Shown here: positions 1-8,569 of the stretch, one piece after another
Layout of the letters: each line of letters begins with the position of its first letter
Position numbering within the stretch: position 1 is the first letter of the stretch
From: Deltaproteobacteria bacterium
GTDB lineage: Bacteria; Myxococcota_A; UBA9042; DTJE01; S145-11
Reading direction: 5' to 3'
Length of the DNA: 52,953 nt
Assembly (NCBI GenBank): GCA_015493765.1
Contig: WGCQ01000170.1
Coordinates: forward strand, 1 to 52,953
Position numbers and translations under genes: made by a program
Notes under the pieces: model-generated
Told to the model about the DNA's origin: nothing
Databases searched by the model: none
What the model saw: the letters and a program-made list of their open reading frames with translations, nothing else

Positions 1-2
1 AT

Positions 3-803
3 ATAGACTACGTGTCGCATCCCTATAATACGGCCCTGGCCAACCAGGTTGGTAACTACCTGAAAACACACGATATTTTCAACAGCCTGCGTTCAACAGG
101 CGGCATACGCTATCAACAATTCCAGTTTACAAAGGCGTCCTGGCCTACCTATATTCACATAGAAACACAGGACACAACGCCGGAAACGGAAATGGGACGG
201 TACGCCTCGACCGGTTGGCCCGTGTTCGATGGGGAAGACCGCTATGAATCGCATCACGCCCCGGACAACCCAAGAGTCTTTTTCAGGCGCCACATGTGGG
301 ACTGGATACTTTCAGGGGGCTCCGCGTCCTACGGCGGGGCATGGGCCCATATCCGACCTTACGATACGGCCACGTTTACCACGGCCGAGTATCCTTCCAG
401 CGGGCTCCCTGCGGGCACCTACAAATTGAAGGGGCTGGACGACATCGTTTATATCAGCAAATTCTTTGAGGACAATCACATTGACCTTGCCGACTTCACG
501 CCAGATGATGGTCGAGTGTCAGGGCCGGCCTATCCACGCCAATGCCAGGTCATGGTCTCGGCGGATAACAAGCACTACATCATTTACCACCCCAATGCCA
601 ACGGGATCAACAAGGCCGCATCCATCAAACGGGCAACAGCGACCTTGGCCATAAAAAACCTGCCTGCGGGACAATACCATTACCAGTGGATGAACGCAGC
701 AACCGGTGCCACCAAAAAAGGCACATTCAACCACCCGGGCGGCAAGCGTACATTTACAGCCCCATGGCCCGATATTGATGTGGTCTTGTTTTTACACCCC
801 TGA
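3..803 (+). CDS. C-terminal part of a hypothetical protein (possibly glycoside-hydrolase-like); frame open to the left window edge
   Basis: There is no stop in this frame between base 3 and the TGA at 801-803. The first start in the ORF track is GTG at 12, so the gene is probably 5'-truncated by the window. I cannot name a motif with confidence. Confidence 0.5.
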   Translation: MDYVSHPYNTALANQVGNYLKTHDIFNSLRSTGGIRYQQFQFTKASWPTYIHIETQDTTPETEMGRYASTGWPVFDGEDRYESHHAPDNPRVFFRRHMWDWILSGGSASYGGAWAHIRPYDTATFTTAEYPSSGLPAGTYKLKGLDDIVYISKFFEDNHIDLADFTPDDGRVSGPAYPRQCQVMVSADNKHYIIYHPNANGINKAASIKRATATLAIKNLPAGQYHYQWMNAATGATKKGTFNHPGGKRTFTAPWPDIDVVLFLHP

Positions 804-876
804 AAAATGGAGGCGATTTTTGGGGTATATTTTTAGGGCTTTTCGCAGGAAAAGGGATGTCAACCAGACCTCACGT

Positions 877-1428
877 ATGTCATGGACTGGACCCGTAATT
901 TTGACAGCGGGATTGCTGCTGTTTGCCATAATATTTACCATTACATCCGAGCACGCTCATCCTGGTCATGCAGGTTTGGCGGCGGGATATTGGCGGGACC
1001 CTGCTACACATTTAAGGTGGCAAAACAGCGTACGGCATAAAAGAATGAATTGGCATGAGGCCATTGCCTACTGCAAGCAGGTAACTACTGGTGGCTACAG
1101 GGATTGGCGCCTGCCGAATATTGATGAACTGCGTTCGCTGATCAAAAAATGTCCGGCCACTGAAACAAACGGCCCGTGCAACATAAAATCATCCGACTGT
1201 CTGGGTTCATTGTGCTGGGATACCACGTGCAACGGGTGTCCCCTGGATAAAGGCAGAAGCGCCGATGGTATGTATCTCCCTGATGTGATTCGCGCAAATT
1301 GTTGCGGCTACTGGTCTGCAACGACATTGGCAAATAATAAATACGAGGCCTGGTCCATCAGTTTCAACCTCGCCAGGATAGAGAATAATCCGAAGGCCTA
1401 TAACAACCAGGTCATCTGTGTCAGATGA
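877..1428 (+). CDS. DUF1566 (Lcl C-terminal / C-type-lectin-like) domain protein with N-terminal TM anchor
   Basis: ATG at 877 precedes a hydrophobic segment (GPVILTAGLLLFAIIF). The motifs WRLPNIDELRSL and GYWSATT and the ending ...NQVICVR are typical of DUF1566. The 706-876 extension in the ORF track overlaps the previous gene and is unlikely to be coding. Confidence 0.7.
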   Translation: MSWTGPVILTAGLLLFAIIFTITSEHAHPGHAGLAAGYWRDPATHLRWQNSVRHKRMNWHEAIAYCKQVTTGGYRDWRLPNIDELRSLIKKCPATETNGPCNIKSSDCLGSLCWDTTCNGCPLDKGRSADGMYLPDVIRANCCGYWSATTLANNKYEAWSISFNLARIENNPKAYNNQVICVR

Positions 1429-1581
1429 GGGTTGCCATGACCCATGGAAATGGCGTGCCGGAGCGTGCCCGGGAGGTTTAATCACAGAATCGAATCGATG
1501 GTTCAGGAAAAACTTGTATTTTGGTTGACCTCGCTAACAAGGCAGGCTAAAATAACTCCGGCGTTGTACCGGGAGGCAATA

Positions 1582-1998
1582 ATGAAAAGATTTATCGGTA
1601 TCTTCTTGTTAATAATGTTTGCACCTGCGGCCTGCTACAATACTTACTACATCAGCCGCGCTGAGATGGAGAAACTGGAGCGATCGGACAAGACCTCGGT
1701 GTGGGTGAAGGACATCCATGGAAAGCGTATCCAGGTCAAGGAAACCAGCCGGTTGTTTGTACGATCCAAGGGTGGAAAGCGCTATCAATTGACGCCCTTC
1801 AACTTTAAACTCACCAAGCAGCAGTTGGTGGCATCCGATAGGGATTATATCCTGGATGTGAACGGGCTGAAAGAGGGGGGTGAAATTGATACTCCAAGTA
1901 TATGGAAAAATGCCCTGTGGATCAGCGGGGGTGTATTGGCCGTTGCCGGCCTGATCATAGCCGTGGTGCTTACCTCAGGTTCCAAGAGTTTTGAATAG
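1582..1998 (+). CDS. small lipoprotein with C-terminal TM helix, unknown function
   Basis: RBS GGGAGG at 1571-1576. The signal peptide ends in the lipobox-like FAPAAC. There is a C-terminal hydrophobic stretch (ALWISGGVLAVAGLIIAVVL). Confidence 0.6.
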   Translation: MKRFIGIFLLIMFAPAACYNTYYISRAEMEKLERSDKTSVWVKDIHGKRIQVKETSRLFVRSKGGKRYQLTPFNFKLTKQQLVASDRDYILDVNGLKEGGEIDTPSIWKNALWISGGVLAVAGLIIAVVLTSGSKSFE

Positions 1999-2111
1999 CC
2001 GCAATCCGTGGATGTATTTCCCCCAGAAAAAGTTACAGCCCGGTTATGGCGTAACCATCTGAATTTAAAAGAAATCTCGATAAACCAGGTGCATAGGCTT
2101 ACGGAACGGAT

Positions 2112-4571
2112 ATGAAGTCTAAGCATGTACTGTGGGCCATCCTGGTTGTGGTACTGTTGTTTGTGGCGGGATACTCAGGCTATCCGCTGTTGCTGAGGTA
2201 TATCGTCCGCAACCAGGTAAAGGTTCGATTGGGGCCGGCTTCCAGGGTGGACCTTGCCGGGGCACGGGTTGAAGACGGCAAGGTAGTGCTGCGGCAACTG
2301 GGCATCAACAGGCCCGGTTTGCAATTGAACATATCCAGGATGTCGGTAAGCCTGGACCCATGGAAATACCTTTTTGGACGCAAGGTACTGGATGAAGTCG
2401 TGGTGGATTCGGCAACAGTTCATCTGACACCCCTTGCCCTCATGCACAGGGGCCCCCGGAAAAGACAGGCAGTGACCCATGGCAAAGATCATTTGCGCAT
2501 ACCAATATTCAACCATCTTTTATTTAAAGACGTGTCCATGGACGTAATAATGGCCGGCAGTACGATTGGCAGTATGAACGGTGACCTGGGCGTGAATATC
2601 CGTAGCGGCCACGAAACCGGGCGTTCCTACGAGGTGCGGGGACGGATGCAAATCCACAACGGTCAGACAGTGCACCATGGGGTACTGTCAGGCGTGTATT
2701 CCTCGTTTGACCGGGCTGACCTGGTGTTGAAACTGGATTCCCCTGTCCGGATTCCCTTCAGGCATGGCATGGCGACGTTCAAGTCCGTAAGGTTGCATAA
2801 CCAGCAATTCAGCCTGCCTTCGTGCGGATTCAGGATGCCAGGCGTATCCGTGGCAGTGGATGGGTTGTCTGTACGGTTTGCCCATGCCTTTGCAACGGTC
2901 AGCCACGGCCTGTTCCGCCTGTTGGACCAGGTCAAGGCCGACCACGTCGTGTTGAAATTCAAATTGCGGCCTCCAGCCCCTCGTGGGACCGCCAACGCAG
3001 CACCGGCTACAGAAAACCTGCATCAATTTGCCTCACGCCTGTTGCACACGTTGAATGGACTCGTCAGCAGGGTGGGCAACGCACAGCGTCGGGTGCTCGG
3101 GCACCACGTCCCAGCCGTGGACGTCCTGGACCTGGCGGTCTGGCAGAACAATACACCGTTGTTTGACAATGCCCGCATGGTATTCAAAACTACCTCGGCC
3201 CGGGGATGGTCCTTGAGTGTGAAGGGTACGCATTCCAGCCTGTTGGTCAGGACCGCTCGTGACGCGCAAAACACCTGGTTGGACACGGATATCGACTGGC
3301 ATTCAAAGGGTTGCGCAATTCTGAAGCCGTTCATACCGCAATATGTGACACTACCAAAGCCCTGCGGCACGGACCTGCACATTACGGATTTCAGGCAGTC
3401 ATCAACCAAGGGCTGGTCCATGAATTTACAATTTAGTACGGGGCCTGTGACTGTTGCACATCCGGTCCTGTGCGAGGAACCCGTGACTTTCGATTCCCTG
3501 GCGTTTTCAGGCCACGTGGCGTACAAAAACGGGCAACACACTTTAACGATCCGGGACGGACACCTGGTGATGAACGGCATGGACAGCAATTTTTCCGTGG
3601 AAATCGCGTTGGGACTAAACCCGTTTATTCATGCAAGTGTCAGCATTCCAAAACAGAAGGCCATGGACCTGTTGAGGGCCTTGCCTGCTCCCATGTCAGA
3701 CCGTATTGCCGATATGAGGTTTGCAGGAACCTTTGCATTCAAAGGTGACGTAAGGCTGGACCTGGGGGACCTGTCCAAATCCATGCTTTCCCTGCATCCC
3801 GACTGTAGCAATCTGAAACTGGTTTCTGTGCCCAAGGCCATGGATATAGCCACGTTGTCCGGTGACTTCATCCAGACCATCCAGACCGATGACGGCCAGG
3901 AGATCCAGCGTACTATCGGCCCGGATTCCCCTGACTGGGTGCCACTGGATGCGGTTCCCCCGTATTTCATAGACTGCCTGCTGGCGTCCGAGGACGTTAC
4001 GTTTTTCCAGCACCATGGCTTTTCCGTTACCGCCATACGGGACGCCCTGATTACTGACCTGACACAGCACAAGGTGGTACGCGGGGCCTCCACCATTACA
4101 CAGCAACTTGCCAAGAACCTGTTCCTGTCGAAATCCAGGAGCATGGCCAGAAAACTCCAGGAGGCCGTGCTGACGTGGTACCTGGAATCCACCCTCACAA
4201 AACAGAGGATCCTGGAATTGTACTTGAACATCATTGAGTGGGGCCCTTACATCTATGGATTAAAACAAGCGGCACTGCATTATTTCGGCAAGGATGTGCC
4301 TGACCTGGACCTGGCGGAATCGGCCTTTTTGGTTGCCATCATTCCTAATCCCGTTCAATGGCACAAGGAGTGTCTGGCCCTGAAAAGGGTGCCCAAAGTC
4401 GTAAAAAGTAAAATGATTCATATACTGAAGATCCTGGCCACGCGCAAGACCATTGACCAGGACGTGGTAAAAGAGGCCATGCAGGAACCAGTGGATTTCA
4501 ACATGGAGGCAATGCGGACACCGGTCAAGCCTGGTCAGCCGGCTTCAACTTATCCACATCGACAAAAATAA
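2112..4571 (+). CDS. GT51 peptidoglycan glycosyltransferase domain protein with long unrecognised N-terminal region
   Basis: N-terminal TM helix. The C-terminal ~200 aa carry GT51 motifs EDVTFFQHHGF, GASTITQQLAKNLF and RKLQEAVLTWYLE...ILELYLN. No transpeptidase motifs are present. Confidence 0.85.
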   Translation: MKSKHVLWAILVVVLLFVAGYSGYPLLLRYIVRNQVKVRLGPASRVDLAGARVEDGKVVLRQLGINRPGLQLNISRMSVSLDPWKYLFGRKVLDEVVVDSATVHLTPLALMHRGPRKRQAVTHGKDHLRIPIFNHLLFKDVSMDVIMAGSTIGSMNGDLGVNIRSGHETGRSYEVRGRMQIHNGQTVHHGVLSGVYSSFDRADLVLKLDSPVRIPFRHGMATFKSVRLHNQQFSLPSCGFRMPGVSVAVDGLSVRFAHAFATVSHGLFRLLDQVKADHVVLKFKLRPPAPRGTANAAPATENLHQFASRLLHTLNGLVSRVGNAQRRVLGHHVPAVDVLDLAVWQNNTPLFDNARMVFKTTSARGWSLSVKGTHSSLLVRTARDAQNTWLDTDIDWHSKGCAILKPFIPQYVTLPKPCGTDLHITDFRQSSTKGWSMNLQFSTGPVTVAHPVLCEEPVTFDSLAFSGHVAYKNGQHTLTIRDGHLVMNGMDSNFSVEIALGLNPFIHASVSIPKQKAMDLLRALPAPMSDRIADMRFAGTFAFKGDVRLDLGDLSKSMLSLHPDCSNLKLVSVPKAMDIATLSGDFIQTIQTDDGQEIQRTIGPDSPDWVPLDAVPPYFIDCLLASEDVTFFQHHGFSVTAIRDALITDLTQHKVVRGASTITQQLAKNLFLSKSRSMARKLQEAVLTWYLESTLTKQRILELYLNIIEWGPYIYGLKQAALHYFGKDVPDLDLAESAFLVAIIPNPVQWHKECLALKRVPKVVKSKMIHILKILATRKTIDQDVVKEAMQEPVDFNMEAMRTPVKPGQPASTYPHRQK

Positions 4572-5262
4572 AGCGTTGACAGTGGGGGCATTGTTCCAGG
4601 GTCTTCTGACGCAAAAGGACATTGAACAGTTGTGGTGGAATCTGCCTGTGGCAACCTCCGCAGGACCCGTTTTTTATATCTACCTCCACCACGGCAAGCC
4701 CCTTCCATGCCTTTTGTATCCTTCTGTATTTACTGAGAATACTTTTGGGGATATTCGGTTCCATGCGAGAGGCCTCGGCCTTGATCTTTTCGATGTCCAC
4801 ATCGATTTCCTTGCTGCGTTTTTCAGCGTCCTTGCGTTCTTCTTCCGCTTTTTTGCGCAGGTTTTCCAGTTTCTCTGCCTCCTGTTCGACGGATGCCTGG
4901 AATTCTTCCATGGCCCCCAGGAGTTTTAAAACCTCTTCCTCCCGGTGCTGATTCGTACGTTTCAGTTCATCCAGGTCCTTCTGAAGAATCGCATACTCCT
5001 TGGGCTTAGTCACCAGGTTAAGCCTGGCCTGGAGTTTCTTGATCTGGTCCTGGGTTTCCTTCATTTCCCGGTCCTTTTCCTGGTACCAACGCTGGGCTTC
5101 TTTCAGGCGGTCCTGTTTTTCCTCGAGGTCTTGCTCCATTTCAGACAAGAGGTTTTGCATCTTTTCGACCTGTTCCCACAGGCTTGTTTTTTCACCTTCC
5201 AGGGTCAGCCGTTCGATGTCCATCTTTTGTAGTTCTATGAGCTGCTGGATTAATTCCTTCAA
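4525..5262 (-). CDS. coiled-coil C4-type zinc-ribbon protein (COG1579 family)
   Basis: Long heptad-rich K/E/L region followed by CGGCHRQIP...CPHCQRFI. Confidence 0.75.
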   Translation of the reverse strand: MKELIQQLIELQKMDIERLTLEGEKTSLWEQVEKMQNLLSEMEQDLEEKQDRLKEAQRWYQEKDREMKETQDQIKKLQARLNLVTKPKEYAILQKDLDELKRTNQHREEEVLKLLGAMEEFQASVEQEAEKLENLRKKAEEERKDAEKRSKEIDVDIEKIKAEASRMEPNIPKSILSKYRRIQKAWKGLAVVEVDIKNGSCGGCHRQIPPQLFNVLLRQKTLEQCPHCQRFIFVDVDKLKPADQA

Positions 5263-5375
5263 AGCGCCTCCCTTTGTTTGGAAATATTGTTGATTTTCCC
5301 GGATCCATCCGGGTTTGTCAGGCCCTTGATATCAGGCCCGGTCGAGTGGTCTGCCACTGTCGAACCTCGCAACGG

Positions 5376-5448
5376 TGGGCCCACCAGGCCTCGAACCTGG
5401 GACCTACCGGTTATGAGCCGGTGGCTCTTCCAACTGAGCTATGGGCCC
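5376..5448 (-). tRNA. tRNA-Met (anticodon CAU; could alternatively be the lysidine-modified tRNA-Ile2)
   Basis: The minus strand reads GGGCCCATAGCTCAGTTGGAAGAGCCACCGGCTCATAACCGGTAGGTCCCAGGTTCGAGGCCTGGTGGGCCCA. It folds as a cloverleaf with a 7-bp acceptor stem, anticodon loop CTCATAA and T-loop TTCGAGG. The CCA end is not fully encoded (CCG follows). Confidence 0.9.
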
Positions 5449-5604
5449 CGAAACCCAAAAGGCTTTATACCACTTCGCGAGCCTAAAGGCAAGAGGACGT
5501 ACCAAAAATATTCCCTGATTACCGGAGTAATTTTGGGAAATAGCCTGATTTGTCCCCTTCCAGGTTTGGTGTTATAATTTCTCGAATCGCCTTAGGAGTC
5601 TGAT

Positions 5605-6495
5605 ATGAAAAGATTGAAGTGGTTTTTTGTAATAGCGGCTGTATTGACTCTTATGTTGACGGCTACCAATGTTTTTGCCCGCCGTGGCGGCAGTTTTGGG
5701 TTCCGCGGATTCGGGCGGGGATTTTCGTCACATAGTTTTCATCCCACGTATCACCATTACGGGTCCAGGGGGCTGGGTTACAGGGGATTCGGATGTGTGC
5801 CGATTTTTTTACCTTACCATGCCGGGGGATGGCTGACCCTGCTGATATTGCTGGGTGTGGCATACCTGATTTTGCAGGCCCTGCGCAAACGTGGGCGAGG
5901 CGGCGGTATGCTGTCAGGTGACCAGCAAAGAGGGGTGGTGGCACGATTATCCATCGCGTTCTTTGCCACGGAAAAGGACCTGCAAAATGCCCTGGTTGAC
6001 CTGGTAAAACGACAACCCGGGGGCAGCCAGGTGGATGCTCAGGCCTACCTGCTTCGTGAAACGGCCTTGCTGTTATTGCGTCATATGGATGCTGTGGCAA
6101 AGGTTGCCTTTGAACAGCACGCGAACCTGGATATGACCAGTGCCCAGTCCCTGTTTGAAAATCTTGCCATGAAAATGCGTTCGGCCTTTGACCAGACCGG
6201 AATCAGGCGTGATGAGGCCGGTCTGCATGAGGCATCTACCCCGGATACCGGTTCCAAGGCGGAAGGGGTTGCCGAATTCGTTGTAGTCAGCATCATAGTG
6301 GCCTACAACGAACCTGCATCCATCATCAATTCCGTATCCTCTGTCCAGGACGTCCAGACGGCACTGCAAAATATTGCTTCCATAGGCCCGAATCGCTTGC
6401 TGGCCATGGAGGTGGTCTGGGACCCCGAGTCTCCGGACGGTGTACTGGACCGGGAGGGCATGGACCGTTCGTATCCTGACCTGATCGATGTATGA
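5605..6495 (+). CDS. DUF1517-like membrane protein (Gly/Arg/Phe-rich N-terminus)
   Basis: Signal or anchor segment, then the RRGGSFGFRGFGRGF low-complexity region, a second TM helix, and a C-terminal ...LLAMEVVWDPESPDGVLDREGMDRSYPDL resembling the DUF1517 ending. Confidence 0.55.
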   Translation: MKRLKWFFVIAAVLTLMLTATNVFARRGGSFGFRGFGRGFSSHSFHPTYHHYGSRGLGYRGFGCVPIFLPYHAGGWLTLLILLGVAYLILQALRKRGRGGGMLSGDQQRGVVARLSIAFFATEKDLQNALVDLVKRQPGGSQVDAQAYLLRETALLLLRHMDAVAKVAFEQHANLDMTSAQSLFENLAMKMRSAFDQTGIRRDEAGLHEASTPDTGSKAEGVAEFVVVSIIVAYNEPASIINSVSSVQDVQTALQNIASIGPNRLLAMEVVWDPESPDGVLDREGMDRSYPDLIDV

Positions 6496-6501
6496 TACTG
6501 C

Positions 6502-7638
6502 ATGGCATTTGACCTGAGAGAATCTGTACGGTCCCTGGTGATTGACTTCCCCTCTGACAGGGCTTTTGTGGACCGTATCCTGTCCTTGATGTTTTTTTCC
6601 GGTCTCGATGTGATCCAGCAAATCACTTCAAACAGGTTTGGCACAGGCATCGGTTTGCTGGGGACCAGCGGTAACACGGGCGGTCGTCCCGTCCTGCTAA
6701 TCACCCCCCTGGAACGGCGAAATTCGTCCATACTGCCATCTCCTCCTTTGGAGGCCTTGAAACTGGCAAGGCTGGACCTGCTGACCAAAATATGGCTGAT
6801 TCAAAGGCTTTCCGAGGACCTGGTGCCTGTTGCCCCCATGATAGCCGCATATCCCATGGACCCACTGGGGCTGGGGCTGTCAGCCCTGTTCAACGAATTC
6901 GTATTGCCCAGGTGTAAACGGCCTGTTACGGCACAACTATTTGCATCCGGTGCCTCGTCCCGGCCGGTAAAGGTCGATACCAGGCCTGCCGCAGTGACCT
7001 TACATCTGAAAACTGCCGCTGATGGCAGACATGGCCATGGACGTTTGTTTTCCATTACCGTGTCAAATCGCAAAAGGCTCAACTGGCAGGTGCTGTTGAC
7101 CCGTATTGCCGAATCATCCCGGCAAGGCACCGTGTTGCAGGATATGATACTGGGCGGATGGGACCGCAGCAGGTTGATGTTTGCATCTTTCAGCCTATGG
7201 ACCGGCGATGTTGTACCTGAATGGCCCAGCCAATGGCGGGTACGGGAAATTCGTTCCGCAGGCCATGAAACGGGCATGCCAGGTATATCCGTGGACAATA
7301 TGCGCCCATGTCTTGAATCGTTCGGTTCCAAAGATGCCGTATGCGTATTTTTGAGTGCTGGAAACGAATGGATTGAGTGTACTTATATTATGCCGCCACA
7401 AAGGGTTACGGATTTCGTTGCAAGGGCCAGGAAAAGCGGTGCCGTGGTGGGGCAGGTCGAACTTTATTCCTCCAGGCAAGGACGAACATCATCCGGCATG
7501 GCCATGGCGACCGGGTTGCCATCCCTGCTGCATTCCGTGGACGTTTACCTGGCGTGTCCCCCGGTCAATACCATACGGTCCATGGATGCGCTTGATGAGT
7601 GGTCAAACAAATTCCTGAATTTTTTCAAAGCAATATAG
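6502..7638 (+). CDS. hypothetical protein, 378 aa, no recognised domain
   Basis: Long ORF 6 nt after the previous stop on the same strand. I recognise no motif. Confidence 0.55.
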   Translation: MAFDLRESVRSLVIDFPSDRAFVDRILSLMFFSGLDVIQQITSNRFGTGIGLLGTSGNTGGRPVLLITPLERRNSSILPSPPLEALKLARLDLLTKIWLIQRLSEDLVPVAPMIAAYPMDPLGLGLSALFNEFVLPRCKRPVTAQLFASGASSRPVKVDTRPAAVTLHLKTAADGRHGHGRLFSITVSNRKRLNWQVLLTRIAESSRQGTVLQDMILGGWDRSRLMFASFSLWTGDVVPEWPSQWRVREIRSAGHETGMPGISVDNMRPCLESFGSKDAVCVFLSAGNEWIECTYIMPPQRVTDFVARARKSGAVVGQVELYSSRQGRTSSGMAMATGLPSLLHSVDVYLACPPVNTIRSMDALDEWSNKFLNFFKAI

Positions 7639-7763
7639 ACCGGGATTTTTATTGTCGAGGATAGGAAATCCAAAATACATAATGGTTCTTACGGATCCAG
7701 CCCGGTTGGTATCTACCACTGAAGCCCAAAAGTACTTAAAAGAATTTAACAAAAAATTAAAAT

Positions 7764-7866
7764 TGATGGACTCGTAAAAAGTCCGATTCTGGTCATTTTG
7801 GCCTATGTAACACTTTGATTTTATTAGAAATGGATTTGCCGATTTTGATTTATTACGAGTCCATCA
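7764..7866. repeat. MITE-like 103-nt element with 14-bp terminal inverted repeats (TGATGGACTCGTAA / TTACGAGTCCATCA)
   Basis: A second copy, about 80 percent identical and inverted, lies at 50286-50389. No coding capacity. Confidence 0.8.
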
Positions 7867-7931
7867 AAATTGATTTTTAGTATATAAAACATTTCCGGAT
7901 TTTCACTCCTCCCCCACCACCCCACGCAAAC

Positions 7932-8322
7932 GGGTCCGACTTTGGCCCTGACGACCGGCTTGACGAGCCGGACAGGCCCAAGGGGCCGTTGCGAGACCTT
8001 ATTTTTCGGCCGGTCCGTCTTACGCACCGTAAACCTCTTCCAGATATGGCCCGGCCTTGTTTATTTACAGGACATCCGGGGCGAGGGGGTCGGTACGAGA
8101 CCCCTTGCGGGCGACACCGACCCCGAGCCACTGCAATAAACCCATGCATTTCCCAAAAACCCTCATCCCTGCCTGCCGGGCCCAAACCCTGATATGCAAC
8201 GCATATCACTTTTTGACTGAGGACCAGCCCGTAGGGCCGACCGAAGGGAGTTCCGCAACAAAGGTCGAAAAATAAGGCCGAGGCCGGCGAGGAATCAGGG
8301 AGTCAGGACCAAAGTCGGACCC
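7932..8322 (+). repeat. ~390-nt non-coding element bounded by 20-bp inverted repeats (GGGTCCGACTTTGGCCCTGA / TCAGGACCAAAGTCGGACCC)
   Basis: The terminal repeats match at 19 of 20 positions. The inner core 8078-8208 recurs inverted at 52777-52901, with identical blocks of 42 and 34 nt. It contains the palindrome GATATGCAACGCATATC at 8191-8207, and a further copy (GATATGCATAGCATATC) lies at 8331-8347. Confidence 0.8.
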
Positions 8323-8569
8323 TATCAGCCGATATGCATAGCATATCAAACTCAAATCCCGATTCATTACCCAGGCTAATTCCGGAAGAGCCCAAAAAAG
8401 ATTGACGAATCTCTCATTTATATCTATTTAATTGGCGATTCGGCCTGTACTTGTTTGGATGCCTTGACAGATAAAATAGAATTGTTTATGTGTCTGTTGT
8501 GATAGTCTTGACCATGCATTGTATGATCAAGATAGAATGTATGGATTTTACACCACGAGGAGGCTGTTC

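Noticed and set aside
877-1428. The DUF1566 protein as a diversity-generating-retroelement target. It has a C-type-lectin-like fold, and AAY-rich codons (AAT AAT AAA TAC, AAT AAT, AAC AAC) sit near its C-terminus.
   Set aside because: There is no reverse transcriptase and no template repeat matching 1290-1428 anywhere in the window. The evidence is only compositional. An element further upstream of the window cannot be excluded.
4525-4571. The 47-nt convergent overlap of the GT51 gene and the zinc-ribbon gene as a possible antisense regulatory arrangement.
   Set aside because: Both C-terminal tails are non-conserved-looking extensions. The overlap may simply reflect late stop codons. No structure or motif supports a specific mechanism.
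8057-8275. Small ORFs inside the 390-nt element and its inverted copy (8057..8275 + and 52653..52874 -). They share ...RATPxPSHC..IPACRAQTLICxAY, and the length difference between copies is 6 nt, so it is in-frame.
   Set aside because: There is no conserved start codon or RBS. Conservation is mosaic (perfect 42- and 34-nt blocks around a scrambled centre) rather than following a codon-position pattern. The conserved blocks are themselves hairpins or palindromes. A coding role cannot be fully excluded without more copies.
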